This document shows, in pieces, positions 13,381-26,500 of a DNA stretch of 40,911 bases (positions are counted from its first letter, which is position 1; every line of letters starts with the position of its first letter). The notes below the pieces were generated by a model. The model was not told the origin of the DNA. It saw only the letters and a list, made by a program, of their open reading frames with translations, and did not search any database. Source of the DNA: Blastocystis sp. subtype 4 (lineage: Eukaryota). The translations under genes and the position numbers were made by a program. The stretch lies in assembly GCF_000743755.1 (NCBI RefSeq), contig NW_014569481.1, positions 1 to 40,911 on the forward strand, read 5' to 3'.

Positions 13381-15483
13381 ATGACAAAATTTGGTTGTTT
13401 TATGGAATGACGTAATTGTCATATCCAGTTCAAGCTCAGGATTTCAAGGATATGCCATTGCATTTATATTCCAAATCCGTAGTGGATATTGTATTTGGAG
13501 AGGGACCACTTGGTTTTGTGATTGGGAAGAATGAGGAAAACTTTTCTCTATTAAAGAATTTTGATACAAAGGAAGATGGGACGCGTCCTCCTCTTGAAGT
13601 AGAAATGGATTAAAGTAATAATCGGAAGGGTTGCGGGGCAGTTCATAAAGGGGACTACATCATTGCAGTAAATGGAGAATCTGTTGTCTTTATGGGTCCA
13701 AAAGAAGTAAAAAGCAGACTGAAAAAGTCGAGTCGTCCCATGACGGTTCGTTTTGCTCGTCCATGTAGCAAGTCTCACTACAAGACGATAGTATCTCCAG
13801 AAGGCGAGAAAAAGACTCAAATGTGGTCCACTCAAGATGTAGGAATCATATAACATTGTTACTGAAAGATATACCTTCCCGTCCGTTCATACAACATTGC
13901 AGGAATGAACAGTTACTTTATCACTCTCCGTGAGTCCGATTCTATGGAACAGAAGGCTCTAACCCCGATCTATCGAAACGGTCCTCTATTTGAGTGCGAC
14001 ATTCGAGAAGCAGCATATAACGGGCTGAGTAATCAAAAAGATCGGTCCAATATTTGGAAGATGCTTCTTCATTCCTATCCCTATCAACCATCGAAATGGG
14101 AAGACAAACGTAAGGAGAATTTAGAAACATACATGACATTTGTGAATGAATTCATCGTATCCAAGAATGCCTTGTATGGCAAAGAAAAGTGTTTACTGGT
14201 TCCAAACCCTCTTGACAGCAGTTGGAAACGCTCAGCTGATTACAATCCAGAGGATGATGATGGTATTAGTAATGAGAGTAAGTGGTCACGGGAATTCGGT
14301 GATTCTGAAATGCGTGAGATTATCTGGAAAGATACTCTGCGTACTTACAGTGATATTGCATTCTTCAATTCCTATAACAAGGAAGTGATTGCAAGAATGC
14401 TGTTTGTGTTTGGTAAACTCAATCGAGGCGTCCAATATGTTCAAGGAATGAATGAACTAGTAGCTCCTTTGTTATATGTGTTTGCAGAAAGTGAGATGGA
14501 GAATGTAAGATAGGATGATCATTCTGACGTCCAGATGGAAATGGAAGTATCACGTGAAGTTGAAGCAGATACCTTCTTTGCTTTCAATAACCTGATGTCG
14601 GAGACCAAAGATCTTTTTATTCAACAGATGGATTCCAGTACTTCCGGTCTGTTTCTCTCTCTTCTTTTAACTCACTTCTAGACGAGGCGTTCTCGAAGAA
14701 CTTCATTCGTATCTTGAGAGACATGTCCCTAGAGCAGCTGCTCAGTTGGTATAACATGATCTCATCCATCATGCATAGAATGCTCTTCAAGTGGATCCTC
14801 AGTTTTATGCAGTACGATGGCTAACAACACTATTTGCCAGAGAGTTCCCGCTCACAGACACCTTCCGTGTATGGGACTCATTATTAGCTGATCCTGCTCG
14901 TTTTATGCTCATGTACTGTATTGGGGCTGCGATGATCGAACACATCGAGGAATCACTACTCCAAGCCGACTTTGCTGGAATCATGAACCTGTTGCAACAA
15001 TACCAACCTCCAGAAGTGAGTGAACTATTGAAGACTGCAGATACGATACGACAAAGTGCCCTTTGTCCTCCAGAAGAGAAGAAGGGACGTGATCTGAAAC
15101 AGATGGGTGCAGATTTGGCAGGAGGGATGGGAGATCAGGTCAGAAAGGGTTGGAATATGATGAAGACAAAAGGTCTACCGTTCTTGTCAAAGATTGGTAG
15201 GAGATGGATGAAGGAATGTGATGTAGCTCAAGATACGAAAATGAAGGTAGCGAGTATGAGTAAGGAGGTGAGTGATACAGTAAATCAGAAATTGAAGGAA
15301 CGGAAGGACAATGATGAAACTGCTGATGAAAAGAAGAAAAAGAAGAAAAAGCATTCCCATGAAAAGAAATCGTTAAAGAAGAGTGAAACGAACGAATCAG
15401 AGGAATCAGAGACAGAAGAAAAGCCCAAATCAAAGGAAACGGAGGAGGAAACGGAAGAAGATGAAGAGGTTGCCTATTTGTAG
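13381..15483 (+). CDS. Rab-GAP TBC-domain protein (TBC1D13-like) with N-terminal PDZ domain
   Basis: PDZ: GEGPLGFVI...GDYIIAVNGESV...RPMTVRFARP. TBC: IWKDTLRT, YVQGMNELVAP, EADTFFAF, FYAVRWLTTLFAREF. The exons splice in frame. Start codon is tentative. Confidence 0.87.
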
Positions 15484-15486
15484 AAT

Positions 15487-15494
15487 TGTTTGTT
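15487..15494 (+). terminator. TGTTTGTT polyadenylation element of the TBC gene
   Basis: TTG TA|GAAT|TGTTTGTT. Confidence 0.85.
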
Positions 15495-15536
15495 AATTGT
15501 CTGCAAAACACTTTTCTTTTCTTTTGAGTTTTTCCT

Positions 15537-16437
15537 ATGGGAGTATGATTGGAATTGCTTCTAAATAGCTAGAGCGATGTAATTTGCGCTTTCGGACCTC
15601 CAGATTCGAGTAACGTTGAATGGAGTGAAGCAACTTCTACTCCATGTACGAATCCTGAAGATATCACTACACCTATGGACAATCCTGTGGATATTGGTCC
15701 TGTTATCTCCATTGATTCTTATGAAGATTTGAAGAAGAAACGGAATGCGAAAATAATACAAAAGGAACGAGCCATTACCGAAGGAGAAAAGATGAGGAAG
15801 CAAGCTGATGAGCTAGACAATCAAACCAAGCAAGCCAAAGTTTGTTTTTTCGTAGTTCTCAAATGTAGGAAGGAACGAACCCAGCAGAAAACAATCAATC
15901 GTTAGAGTCAGTTCAATCGAGTTCAACACCAGTAGGAACCGGTTTAGGTTCAAATCCCCCTTCAAGTACTGCGGAAACTTCTATTCCTGGAATGAACCAA
16001 CTACCATCACAGCCTGTTGATTCTCGTCTTCAAGGAACTTCAACAACACCATCTATATCTCCTCCGAATACAATGCCTCCTCCACCTCAGCAGAATCCTC
16101 AACAGCCAACTATGACCAATCAACAACAACATGTAGTGTTTTTCTTCTTTCATGTCGTCTAGATGCAAATCAAGTGTCCACAGTGCAGTACTCTCCTTGC
16201 AATACCTCCAGGTATCGTTGATTTCAACTGTCCAAAATGCATGACAGTAATTCATGAATCTTGTAATGATTTCTAGAGACTGAAATTATCTCTACCAGAG
16301 TATTATTACAAGTGCATGCATTGTAATACGTTGTATAAATGTAATCGTTGTATGTTAGTCCTGATCTTGTCAAACTGTAGTGTGTGAACTCAAGTGCGGA
16401 ACGTGCAATAATATCCTTCAGCAAGTTCCTAAGCCTT
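15537..16437 (+). CDS. LSD1-type zinc-finger protein; stop codon probably completed by polyadenylation
   Basis: Spliced MGSDVIC...CPQC-x14-CPKC...CMHC-x13-CGTCNNILQQVPKP. Five ~30-nt introns. Ends CCT T|CTCT|TGTTTGTT. Confidence 0.75.
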
Positions 16438-16441
16438 CTCT

Positions 16442-16449
16442 TGTTTGTT
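16442..16449 (+). terminator. TGTTTGTT polyadenylation element creating the stop of the zinc-finger gene
   Basis: In-frame T at 16437 lies exactly 4 nt before the motif. Confidence 0.82.
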
Positions 16450-16927
16450 AACAGGAACATAAAAACAAATCATCAACCATTTCTTTATCTTCAGGCGGCG
16501 TTGTTCCTGTTGGATTACTACGCACCAGATCAATCAGCTTGTCAACATCATTTCGACGACTTAACACTGTTTCCCATTGCTGTTCTGTAAGAGATATTCC
16601 TCGTTTTGTTGGTACTAAGTTTCCACTAGCAGTCATGGAACCATAACAAAAGATACTCCTTGTTTGGATCCCAGAAGGATCTTAAATCAACAAGAATCAC
16701 GTCCTGCCACTAGTTATCAAAACACGCGGCAATCCACTCACTTTCCTTATCGATATCTTCTTTGTTGGAGAAATGGATATCTGCCATCCATACTTCTCAT
16801 CGTATATTGGTTTCGTTGGAAACCTATAGATCATGTCCAGTCGCGATTTTCACGGTCCTGACACGATCGATCGTGCAAAAATGGATCTGAGTCCAATTGC
16901 ATACGATTGTCGAAGAAGAAGACTCAT
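16448..16927 (-). CDS. PC4/Sub1-fold ssDNA-binding protein with putative mitochondrial presequence
   Basis: Spliced (introns of 30, 32 and 31 nt): MSLLLRQSYAIGLRSIFARSIVSGPF...KKISIRKWQDVILVDLRSFWDPNKDGNLVPTKRGISLTEQQWETV, matching the PC4 signature VDIRxxY...PTKKGISLxxxQW. Confidence 0.82.
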
Positions 16928-17047
16928 TATTGTGATAAAGAACAAACAAAGAACATGAGATAGTCGTATATATCCTAGTACAATTCAAGAAAAACAAAGG
17001 AGAAAGGCCCATCTCTGTTAAAACAGCAAATGATTCAAAACCAAGGA

Positions 17048-18110
17048 TCATGACCCATTGGTCTGAGGAGATTCGTTGACTGGTTGTTGACAAAAGCGAA
17101 GGAAATTATTCATTCGAGTGAGATACTCCTCTGTGTGATTCTGGATAATGTTTCCATGATTCGAATCTAGAACCCACCACGGTTCAAATGGTGATTGAGA
17201 TATATTATATAAACGACTTCCAAGGGTAAAAGGAACTGTCTCATCTCTCATACCATGAATATGGAAAATTGGACACTGCAGTGAATAGAACTAACAGTAC
17301 TTACTTCAATATCCTGGATTTGGGTGGCATTGTCATATGGGTCACAACAACGAATCAAACAACCACAAGGGAATGAACGGCCTATTTCTAACGAAATTTA
17401 CATTTAACTACCTGAATACAAGGCAGCATGAAGAATCACCCCTGCTAAAGGAACGGATGCCATTTCTCCCTTACTTAACTTTAGTTCATATTCTCGATAC
17501 AATTCGCCTGCAACATAACAGGTTGGAACACTTCCAACTATTTATTACTGTCTCCAATCAGTACCTACTAGATTCTCCTAGAAGGAAGATATCCTTTCCA
17601 TCGAAGAGAGTACGTGCATACTCATACACAACACGAAGATCCCGGGAAAGGTTTTTGCCGTGTGCCTCTCCGTCACTACATCCATATCCTTCATAATCGT
17701 AAAAGATGTAGTCAGTATCAAGAGCTTTACCAAGGGCCTCTATACTATCGATGCAACAACCTATATCAGTAGCATTTCCATGACTGTAAATAATGACACG
17801 TCTAGACTGAATATATCGAACCATTCCTACCTAGAACTTGGTGATTTATAATGCATTAAGCATATTTTGATCGATCCTAATACTGGTAAGAGTTTGACAG
17901 TGATTGAAGGAGGAAGATCAGTATCAGGAAGGAAAGCTCCATATTTGGCTGTGAGTGTTTCATTTTTGTACTGAAGACTATCTATAGTTAGAATTGATAA
18001 AAAGAACGACAATAGGATCCAGGTGGATATAGCGACAAATCATCAACTACCGCTTGTAGGTTGCATCCTCGATAGATAATTAGCTCACAAATAGACATTG
18101 CCATCCCCAT
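17048..18110 (-). CDS. ABHD17-like alpha/beta hydrolase (depalmitoylase family)
   Basis: IIYSHGNATDIG, YDYEGYGCSDG, LLGES(I)GS, IFHIHG and NHGNI motifs. Multiple short introns. Confidence 0.88.
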
Positions 18111-18124
18111 GTTGCCAGATTTGT

Positions 18125-18132
18125 AACAAACA
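18125..18132 (-). terminator. TGTTTGTT polyadenylation element of the ES1 gene
   Basis: GCT TA|GCTT|TGTTTGTT. Confidence 0.85.
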
Positions 18133-18135
18133 AAG

Positions 18136-19000
18136 CTAAGCCATCTTCAGGACTTGTTCAATCATAGAGTCCACACCGTCGCGAACAATATGAATTGGGC
18201 TAGTATACATATATGCTGGAGTAGTCACAATCTTCGTTTCATCGATACACACTTCCTTTGGCTAGATATCATCGACAATATCTGACTTTACTTTACAAGG
18301 GACATGAGTTGATCCCATTGTTTTCGCAGCTCCACAAGCATCAGCAAAAGGACTCTCCGGTCCAACTTCTTCCTTCCCGAGAGTCAGTCGAACACCTGGA
18401 AACATACGAGCAAGAAGGACAGGAGCAATACAGCACGCTCCGATGGGTTTATTTGCATTGTGGAAAGAAACGAGAATATCTCCAACACTCTTTAGAACTT
18501 CCATCTTGGGTCCTTTGGCTCCAAAATCAGAAAGATTCTTAGCAACGCCAAAACCGCCTGGAAGAACGAGAGCCTGTGGATGAGGAAAGAAACCAGTAAA
18601 TACATCAAAGTTCTCTTGCTTCAGTTCAATGAGGTCCTTAACGTCGGAACGAGCAATGCTACTCATAAAACCATCTACAAACTCGAACCGCGCAGATTCA
18701 ATCAAAACATTACGCTTTTCATCCATAGGATCTCCCTATCATTATCATAATCAATGAAGAAAAGATACAGTAAGATGATTAATCACATGCATCTGATCAA
18801 TATTCGGAGCAAAACATTGATATTTTGCATTTCTTCGACTCAGACTTTCGAGAATAAAGACGGATTCTTGGATTTCGCTACCATCATAAACACCACAACC
18901 AGAAAGACTATCCAATTACTTAAATCTTATATAGGTACATAACAGCAACCTTTTTAGTTGCAGAAGTAGAGAAAAGTCGATATACAGAACGAGAGAGCAT
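18136..19000 (-). CDS. ES1/GATD3 (ElbB-like, DJ-1/PfpI family) mitochondrial protein
   Basis: [35 protein letters not shown]..., [40 protein letters not shown]. Confidence 0.93.
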
Positions 19001-19128
19001 GATTACTGATCCAAGATAATCGATTATTGTTTGTTTGTTCCATAAATAGATGGTTATTTTGATGCATTCTATACGGAATCGCAATTCGGAATCGTAAAAA
19101 CCGAATTGTTAAAGGCTCAAATCTCTCC

Positions 19129-20488
19129 ATGGCAACACTTCCAACTGGAGAGAATGGAAAGGGGTTCTCCTTCTCGCTGTCATTTGCTCCTCAACCGAAA
19201 AAAGAAAAACTAGTGAGGGATTCTCAATGTGTCTTACGAATAGAATGTGAATGTATTTGGAATACATGAAGACGATGGAAAGGAAAAGAAGATCTTTTTC
19301 ACAGAAATGAAGGATAATCAAGTATTATCGATGAATAGTTACTGAATTGCAGATTGTAGGAGCTGAAAAAAAGGAGTTGGTTATTCCGTTGAAGAAACCA
19401 TCATGGATTGAGAAAGCTAAAGAACGAATTGCTGAGGAACGAGCTGCTAAAGAGAAGAATTCAAAAGAAGAGAAGGAATTACAGAACAAGGAGACTACTC
19501 CAATAACACCCGTTGATGAAGCACGAATGTCGTTACTAAAAGGACTGATGGAAGATGTGGAGACACGTTAGTGCATGGGTTGTGGAATGATGTGTAGAAA
19601 AGGAACAGAACTTGGTGATTCCTTTAAATCCAGATCAAAAACAAGAGAAATCGAAACATATTCCAATGATCATGCAAAATCGAATGCCTGGTTATGAGAC
19701 TATGGACAAAGAAGAGTATTTCCAAAAGGAACTTGAAGTGCTTCCTGAGGCATGTGATGTTCGTGTTTGCCATTGCAAGAGGATTTTTAGCATTAGGGTG
19801 ATTCATATCAGCGAATACGAATCGAAGACTTTGGGAAAGCCATTTTGCGAGGAATGGGATGGGACGGAAAGGAGAACGTGGATTCTTCAGTTTACGTAGA
19901 GCTGTTGGAGAATGATTATACTAGGAAATCAAACCAAGACCGGATCGACTTGGATTAGGAGCTATGCCTCTAGTAATGGACAAACAGAGAAGGAAAAGTG
20001 CTGTTAAGAGAAGTAAAGCAGATCAAGAAGCTTCCAAAGCCTATACAGGTGTAAAGAAGGAGAAAGAGGATATGTATGCATTCCGTAGAGGAGTGCAGGT
20101 GGGTGTTGTGATGGGTGATGATACTGGTATATTTGTAAAAGAGAATGTAAGTGTAGGGAAACAAGGAATGATTCTTGAATCTGTTCCTACTACAGTACAG
20201 AATGTGAAAGTGTTACTAGATGGTGAAAAGTCTATGAAAGTATTCACGAAAGCTCAATTACTTCTGTTGAGCGATTTGGTGAAGATTCAGTCATTTAATG
20301 ATATCTATGGAAGAAAGGAATCAACTCAACGATCAAGAAGTCGTGAGCCCTCATATCATCAAGAATCGAGTCACTCAATTCCCTCCAAACACAGATCTTC
20401 AAGTAATCATGAACCTTCGACTAGTCATCACAGGACATCTAGTGGTCATAGTAGACATTCTCATCATCATTCTCATAGTCATCGTTAA
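19129..20488 (+). CDS. Spp2/MOS2/GPKOW-like G-patch splicing factor
   Basis: YQRIRIEDFGKAILRGMGWDG...PRPDRLGLGA G-patch, a KOW-like segment and an S/H/R-rich tail. Confidence 0.8.
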
Positions 20489-20498
20489 CCCTGTTTCT

Positions 20499-20506
20499 AA
20501 CAAACA
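20499..20506 (-). terminator. TGTTTGTT polyadenylation element of the UBR gene
   Basis: GAA T|GAAG|TGTTTGTT. Confidence 0.85.
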
Positions 20507-20508
20507 CT

Positions 20509-23500
20509 TCATTCCAATTCTTCATCACTCTCTTCTGATTGAGTCACAGTTATTCGAGCTATCATCTGAGACTTGTACCAGAACGCAGCACTTCTCACAG
20601 TATCTTCTAACAAGCTTGTTGCCTTCTGATTCAATGTTAATGGTTCTCTGGGCCAATCCTTGATACTAATGGTATTGTGATTGTTATAGTAAATGGATCC
20701 AAAGTTATACGAACACCACTGGTCATAGTTCACATACACAGATGAGAAAGCAGTATTTATAAGACAACTGCAAGGGCAACTGCTATTCCCGATCCTGTTT
20801 GTCATTGCACATCGACTTAACTGATGATTCTGCGTACTACAGTACTATCCATAAACACTTGTCTCTTCACCTACCATACGACCACATAACAAACACATCA
20901 TTGGAGATCTGCATGGTTTGTGACAGACAGAACACTTGTAACACTGCTTACACTTAGCATCGTCACTCGTAGGGTGCTAATTCTAAATGATGTCCAATAT
21001 ACTTACGAAACGATGACAGAGGGAGTTCAACACACGTACATCCTTCGGCATATTGATGAAGAGAGAACGTGAAGTGAGTTGGGTCGGTATGACCAAGAGA
21101 GATTGAGATGCTGGCGTAACTCCCAACAACTCGAGTCTAGAAATGAACAAAGAAACGAATCCCAACAAGGCTACATGCTCACGTACGAAGAACAAAGACT
21201 GATCATACAAGGATCTGGCTTCAGGAGTCAGTTCTGTTACAGACATACACTCAGTGACTGAGGGTAACTCCAAATACTCTAAGCACTCCTGAACAGTATT
21301 TGGCATAATGAATTGAGCTGTTTCATTTGATCGATAGGAGAGTACGTACATTAGTAACACTATGATCAAGATCTCTCTCATCACTTACCACACTTTCTCA
21401 AATACGTCTCAATGACTACTTCAATCGTACTCGCAATTCCCTTCTCATACAGCAACTGACTCAAGGTGTCTCCATTACCAACTAGCAGACTGAGATAGGA
21501 ATCCCAATTAAGCTCCTTCACATCCTTCCAGACCCCTTGTAGAGAAGGTGACAATGTCTGATAATCATGAATTCTCGTCTCATCTAATTTCCACTGTTGA
21601 ATCACTCCCTGAATAGCAATAATAGCCTGAATAATTGCCATGAGATAATATTCTCTCACATACAACATGGCTGATCCATAATATCGATCAAGGATTGTCA
21701 CATCTACTCTTCATCACTCCTATCATCATTACGTTCCACATTTATCTTCTGTGGTCTGCATTGGAAAAGACGTTTGCATAGCATTTCAAATGGTTCTTCA
21801 GTATTTAGTAAGACACTCAAATCCTTCAATTCTTCGTGACGTACGATCGTAATAATCCTCAGACAAATGTGATACAGTTCTCTCACAAGAGGAATAAGTT
21901 CACTTGTCTCAGTAGTTGGATCCAGTTTGGCCTCATTATCACACAAGGTTTCCAGAGCCATTCGGATAGAATCATACTTCGGAGATGCAGGAACGAGAGA
22001 CAACATACGAGGAAGAAGTTGATGCAAGCCAGAATACAGAGGTGAGGTTGAATCTATGTCGGAGTTTGGAGCATTCATGAGTTGTGTAGTAACGTATATG
22101 AGACAATGTGTTGAGACACAAATGGCCTTATCTGACTTCGCCAATTTTAATGCTTCGAGGACTGCAGAGGGGATACCTGACATATCAGTTGGAGCATTCT
22201 CACTATCATCCTCCGATTCTTCACTCTGCTCAACAGATCTGGGTTCAGATGAATCATTGTGTTCATCCTCCTGATCCATGGGAACGTCAGCTGGATAATC
22301 ATAGTCTTCTTCCATCATTTGGTTCATCACCATTGAGAGTGCTGCTGGTTCCTCTTCCATACCTTCTTGTTCTTCACCTTCCTCTTCTTCCTCTTTTCCT
22401 TGTTCTTTCTCTATGCCCCATATGATAGAAGACTCATCTCCAGCAATGTCTGTACCAAGACACAGTGGAATTCCTAACAAATACACAGCCAACAGTCCTA
22501 ACTTCTCCTCTTCTGGAGCCACTTCAGTAGTGGGCTTCTCTTTATGTTCAAACACGAATAACTCCAGGAAATTGGAGTACAGCGCATGGAAGTACTTATC
22601 TGGAAGAGCTTGAATCAACGCGTCATTCATGAAGAATTGTTGGAGAGTGGTTACAGCACGAGTATCAAGAACTGCGTGACCTGTTGAATCATACCGAGAC
22701 ACATATGGTGTGAACTGATTATCGAGGAGATCAGGAGACACGCGACTGGAAAGCTCCATGCGAGTGATCGATGAGTAGAATGTGTAAGCATATGGAGTCT
22801 AGGAGTCATTCAAACAATTCATTCAAACATCTTCAGAATGTCTTGAACCGAACATCTGAACAGTCATTCTTAAAAACTGACTGTTCTCTCTTTCAACTTC
22901 ATCAATCCATGAGTCCATCTCCTCTGAGATCCACCACGATTTGACCTTGTCTTCTTGAATCAGATCCTTCAAACATTCCTGGAATTCACTTTTATTCTGA
23001 CACTGTTCTGTCCAACTGATTTGCTGAATACGCTGATCACGCCATTCTGCATTTACTAAGAGACGAGCTAATGCAGGGATAATCCCTCGTTCCAATCGAC
23101 GACACACAGGACAGAATACACTGTTGCTACGACGTAGATTTGGATTTGAGGATTCCAACAGACTTTGCATACAACGATAATGAAGCATATGACCGCAAGA
23201 CGTTACCGAAGGCTTCATTCCATTCTCACGATACTCAGGGGCTCGATCATAAAGGTTCTTTATAAGGGTTAGAATAGGATCATACCACGAATAATGACTA
23301 AGCTGCTCTTCGAAGGAACGTGCTTGATCATGAAGACTGCCATCCGTTGTTACTCCATAGACAGGAATAAAACTGTGGAGATATGTGAACACTAGACTAT
23401 GAGAGTTTGACAAAGAGAATACAGGGATGAAAATCACAGTCTGTATGTACTAACAGACAAGGAGAATCTTCCTTCTCTCCATAAACATTCGAGTGACAGA

Positions 23501-26500
23501 CACAACACTGAAATTGAGGTGTGATATCACGAGTCTCCTGACGAGTATTCGTCCTTAGCTTTAGTGGGTATTTCGGTTTCTCTTCTTCTTCATCTTCATC
23601 ATCACCATCAAACATTCCAAGGAATGCATCCAAATTCCCTTGTAACGAGGCTACTGCTTTAGCAGCAAGTTCATTCGAAGGTTGTACTGTCTCCTTCGAA
23701 GATTTCTCTTCAGTTGATGCCAAAGCTGCATTGATCAAGGATTGATCTTCAGGATGGTTCTCTCGTACAGTATGCCGAAGTACGTCAGCTAGTAGATCCT
23801 TGAGATCAGTTGCTAATGAAGGATCATTGTATATGTATGCTAGCAACTAGAATTGAATATATTTATAAGCACTTACTCCAGCAATGTCATGAGGATACTT
23901 GAATGATACAACTCCATCCTTCACGATGTAACCATTACGAATCAGAGCCCATACACAGTCTCTTCCATCGACATGATCACAAGCATCCCAAGTAACTTGC
24001 TCATTCCATCCTTCACACTTCACAGTAAAGGCACCTCGGAGAACTGATGCATCATACTGAACAGTCAGAGGATTGGAACCTCGCAACGAGAGCTGTGCCT
24101 GTAAGAGATACAAGAGTATTTCAAGGAGTTTAGGATCACTGTATCCTTTGAGAATCTGCTGTTGAAGAAGATGATACTCCAGAGTCACTAGAGCAGGACA
24201 GGTCAGTACACGATGAGCCAAACTTCTAGAAATGAAGAATGAAATGAAATACAACGGAAGAAGAGTTTGATCATCGATAGGAGGAAGCTCATACACTTTG
24301 AGATGAAGACGATCTTTAATGTACTAAATGAAACACTCTTTTCATTCCTTACTTCAATCCGACGTGTATAGAGCATAATCTCAGCAATACCATCAAACAC
24401 GTTCACATTACAATACTAAGGTTGATTCCTCTTATTGAACCTACTTCATCTCGAATTCGATACACATTCTCCATCACATCATTATCAAATCGAACTGTAG
24501 CCAATTGACACGCACATCTAGAATCAATCTCGTATCCCAAACTCACTTCAAAATATCGTCGGAATTATCCTTAGCATAACTGCATACATAACAGATTTCA
24601 TCAGCCTTCATATCCTCTGGACACAGCAATACACGTTGGAGATTCTCTTTCAAAGCATTCTAATGATAAATTGATTTTGTTAGTATAACATGAAGATCAT
24701 GTCTAACATAGACTCGCTCGTAACACATAGCTATCAAACAGATTACCAGATATGAACTCATGAGATGACGACCAACCACATTCTCCTTTTCACCATCTGA
24801 TTGCTGATCGAGTCCATAGAGGAATGTCTGTGTCAGCTCCCACACCACATCATCCACAGGAAGGAGCAAAGCACAGATCTGAAGGGTAGCATAAGCACAA
24901 TTAAGGGGTGAAGGAGCACTCATATACAATCGGTCATATACAAGGAAGAGACGCTGATAGCGTACAAATCGAACCTCACCAACAGCATGAACATAAGCAT
25001 TACATGCGATGAGACGAATTGCATTAGAGAGAACAGGTTTCAAGACAGCAACCAGAGAAGGAGGAGGTTTGTTGCTTATCTTCAGACGGAGATACTCAAG
25101 GAAAAGAGAATCTCGCAGCGTTACACCACTATGATCATACGCACCTTCCAATTACCTACAAGATCGTTTGTACCAAGTAATCCATAGAATGAATGAGGAA
25201 TCGACCTTCAATAAAGTCTTCATTCTTCTTCTTCAACTGCGTCTCACAATACTCCTTGTCAGTCATGACACCCAATTCCTTCACTTTCTCCACACAATTC
25301 ATAAGGAATGCATACCGATCCGCATTGTCAAGGAAACGAACATTTTGATCCAGATAGTTAAAGAGATCATTGTAGAAGGACAGGACAAATGTAAGCAGAT
25401 AAACAAATCTCCCAGATTTATCAGGATACTCATTCAGTTCTGTATGCCAATCAGCAAATCCGATACACTATGGTCAATCAGTAGAATAATCCCTACTTGA
25501 AGAGCTGCTGACATTTCCATCAGTTCTTTGCATGGAATGAGATTATTTGGGCCATCAAACAAGACCTTCAAATAGGAGCCAGCATCAACCGTAATAGTGT
25601 TCATGGAGGTGCATACTGATGCCATGAAATTTAGAATTTTCAGAGGTGTCTTATGAAACAAATCTCCTAAATATGAGTAAACTGATTGATTGATACGGGT
25701 AAACACCGATGTGATCCGATTCATTACCTCAGCAATCAGATGGGCTACATTACGAATGAATACTTGGAATCCGGGGTGACTGTAGAGCGAAGAGTCTGTG
25801 TGGAAGAACTGACAATGTAATGACTGGAGGAATTGGTCATATCCCAGAGACATACATGTGATATCTGGAGGTGACTGAGTCTCATCCTGTATCATATTAT
25901 GAATCTCTTAGGTCATTCTCCTCCTTCATTCCTACGATGTAGAATCTGAGCTTCCATAGCTTGGAGTTCCATACGAGTTGTCTCATTATCAGGAATCACT
26001 ATATCGTCTGCTTCTTCATCAATATTGGCTTCATCATCATCTGCTTCTTCATCATCCTCATTCTCTTCTTGCTCTCTCACTTCTCCATTCTGACGACGTT
26101 CTTCACGACGTCGTTCTAGATGACGCTGCCTGGCAATCTGTCGTCTCAGATTAGTCAAAGCAAGCACATGAGCAAACTCAGATGCCCGAGCCTTACGTTC
26201 TTTTATACTCTCTTCGAGATCTTTCATAGACTTAAGAAGAGGCTGAATTTGTTCATCTGCTAACAATGCATTCATAGTATCTGTGAGCATAGGAACAAGA
26301 TCATGCATGTACACACCCACAAACCAATCCTTAAATGGCATATCGAAGAGAAGTGATAGAATCATATAAGTTACACTGTCCTATCTCTCATATCCATCAA
26401 TGAAATGCTACTGGATTTCGGCAGATTGGTACTTGACGAATCAACACATTGCAAATTGTCACATTCTCATAGTCATCTTCCTCAATAAATTTTGGAAGCA

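Noticed and set aside
16941..17050. Possible extra ABHD17 exon ending ...CTC ATG T|TCTT|TGTTTGTT
   Set aside because: No convincing intron links it in frame past the genomic TGA at 17048. Treated as 3' UTR.
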